From Bugula neritina (lineage: Eukaryota > Animalia > Bryozoa): a stretch of DNA of 64,000 nucleotides. Positions within the stretch are counted from its first letter, which is position 1; each line of letters opens with the position of its first letter. Location of the stretch: positions 11,604,581-11,668,580 of the forward strand of contig OZ037767.1 of assembly GCA_964035545.1 (NCBI GenBank), given 5' to 3'. Both the position numbers and the translations under genes were made by a program. Under the pieces are notes generated by a model. It made no database searches and was not told where the DNA came from. It worked only from the letters and a program-made list of their open reading frames with translations. Positions 63,425 to 64,000 of the stretch are shown in pieces.

Positions 63425-63605
63425 ATGGTTAAACTTGAAGTTGATGCTTTGCTCACCAGTGCTAGTAGTAGCAGCAGCAGTATCACTATCAGTAGTACTC
63501 CGTCTTCTGCTACTGATTCTATTTCTGGTAATGGTATTGTAATACAGCACTTGAACAGTCGGCGAAATCTTCACCGAAAGTCTGCTGGTCAAAGCTTTAC
63601 TCAAG
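63425..63605 (+). CDS. Probable first coding exon of a gene continuing beyond the window
   Basis: ttccag acceptor ending at 63421, ATG at 63425 (MVKLEVDALLTSASSSSSSIT...HRKSAGQSFTQ), possible donor G|gtactg after 63605. CpG-richer promoter-like sequence upstream with ATGGCGCGCAA at 63168. Confidence 0.4.
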
Positions 63606-64000
63606 GTACTGGTCGTGTTACTCATAGTCATAGTGATAGTCATACTGTTAGTTTTAATAACATTAAATAGAATAATTGTTATAAGCCTCAGGTTTAAGTA
63701 ATAATAAAATTAATTAATTACGATGATCATGGCGTAGTGAATTTGCAGTTCACTGTAAAGTTGTTGTGAGTTTTAGCACAATTATCAAGCGTGGATTGCC
63801 TGCGTATTTAATGTCAATTTAACTAGCAACTACTAATAGAGCTTGCGTACGATAACCTTTATTTAACTCGATAGACATAGTTATAACATCACATCAGAAT
63901 ACCACAATACATCAATCAATTATAAACACATGTTACTACTACGAGTCCCTGCTCTCAACAACACATGGTTTCTGCTAGCTAACCCGCGCACAGTCACTTG

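Overview
AT-rich, intron-rich eukaryotic genomic DNA, probably from an invertebrate animal (species not determinable from the sequence). Four multi-exon genes could be assembled by hand with consistent GT-AG phases: CDKL1-like kinase (+, 2446-13966), TTC19 (-, 15251-20416), DRC7/CCDC135 (+, 20731-31188, head-to-head with TTC19) and AXDND1 (+, 32092-58003). A 3-exon orphan gene model (59302-60468) and the probable first coding exon of another gene (~63425) follow. The main accessory feature is a 4.55-kb TTAA-flanked Kolobok-type DNA transposon (44058-48612) in an AXDND1 intron. It carries two convergent spliced genes, a THAP zinc-finger protein and a KolX/P2X7-ballast-like Cys-rich protein, but no recognisable DDE catalytic domain. 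Also present: a second TTAA/AG..CT element (52803-53571), several MITE families, a tRNA-derived SINE family, many micro/minisatellites (several abutting splice sites), candidate AXDND1 microexons and a cluster of three ciliary genes. Family assignments are from motif recognition, not database searches.
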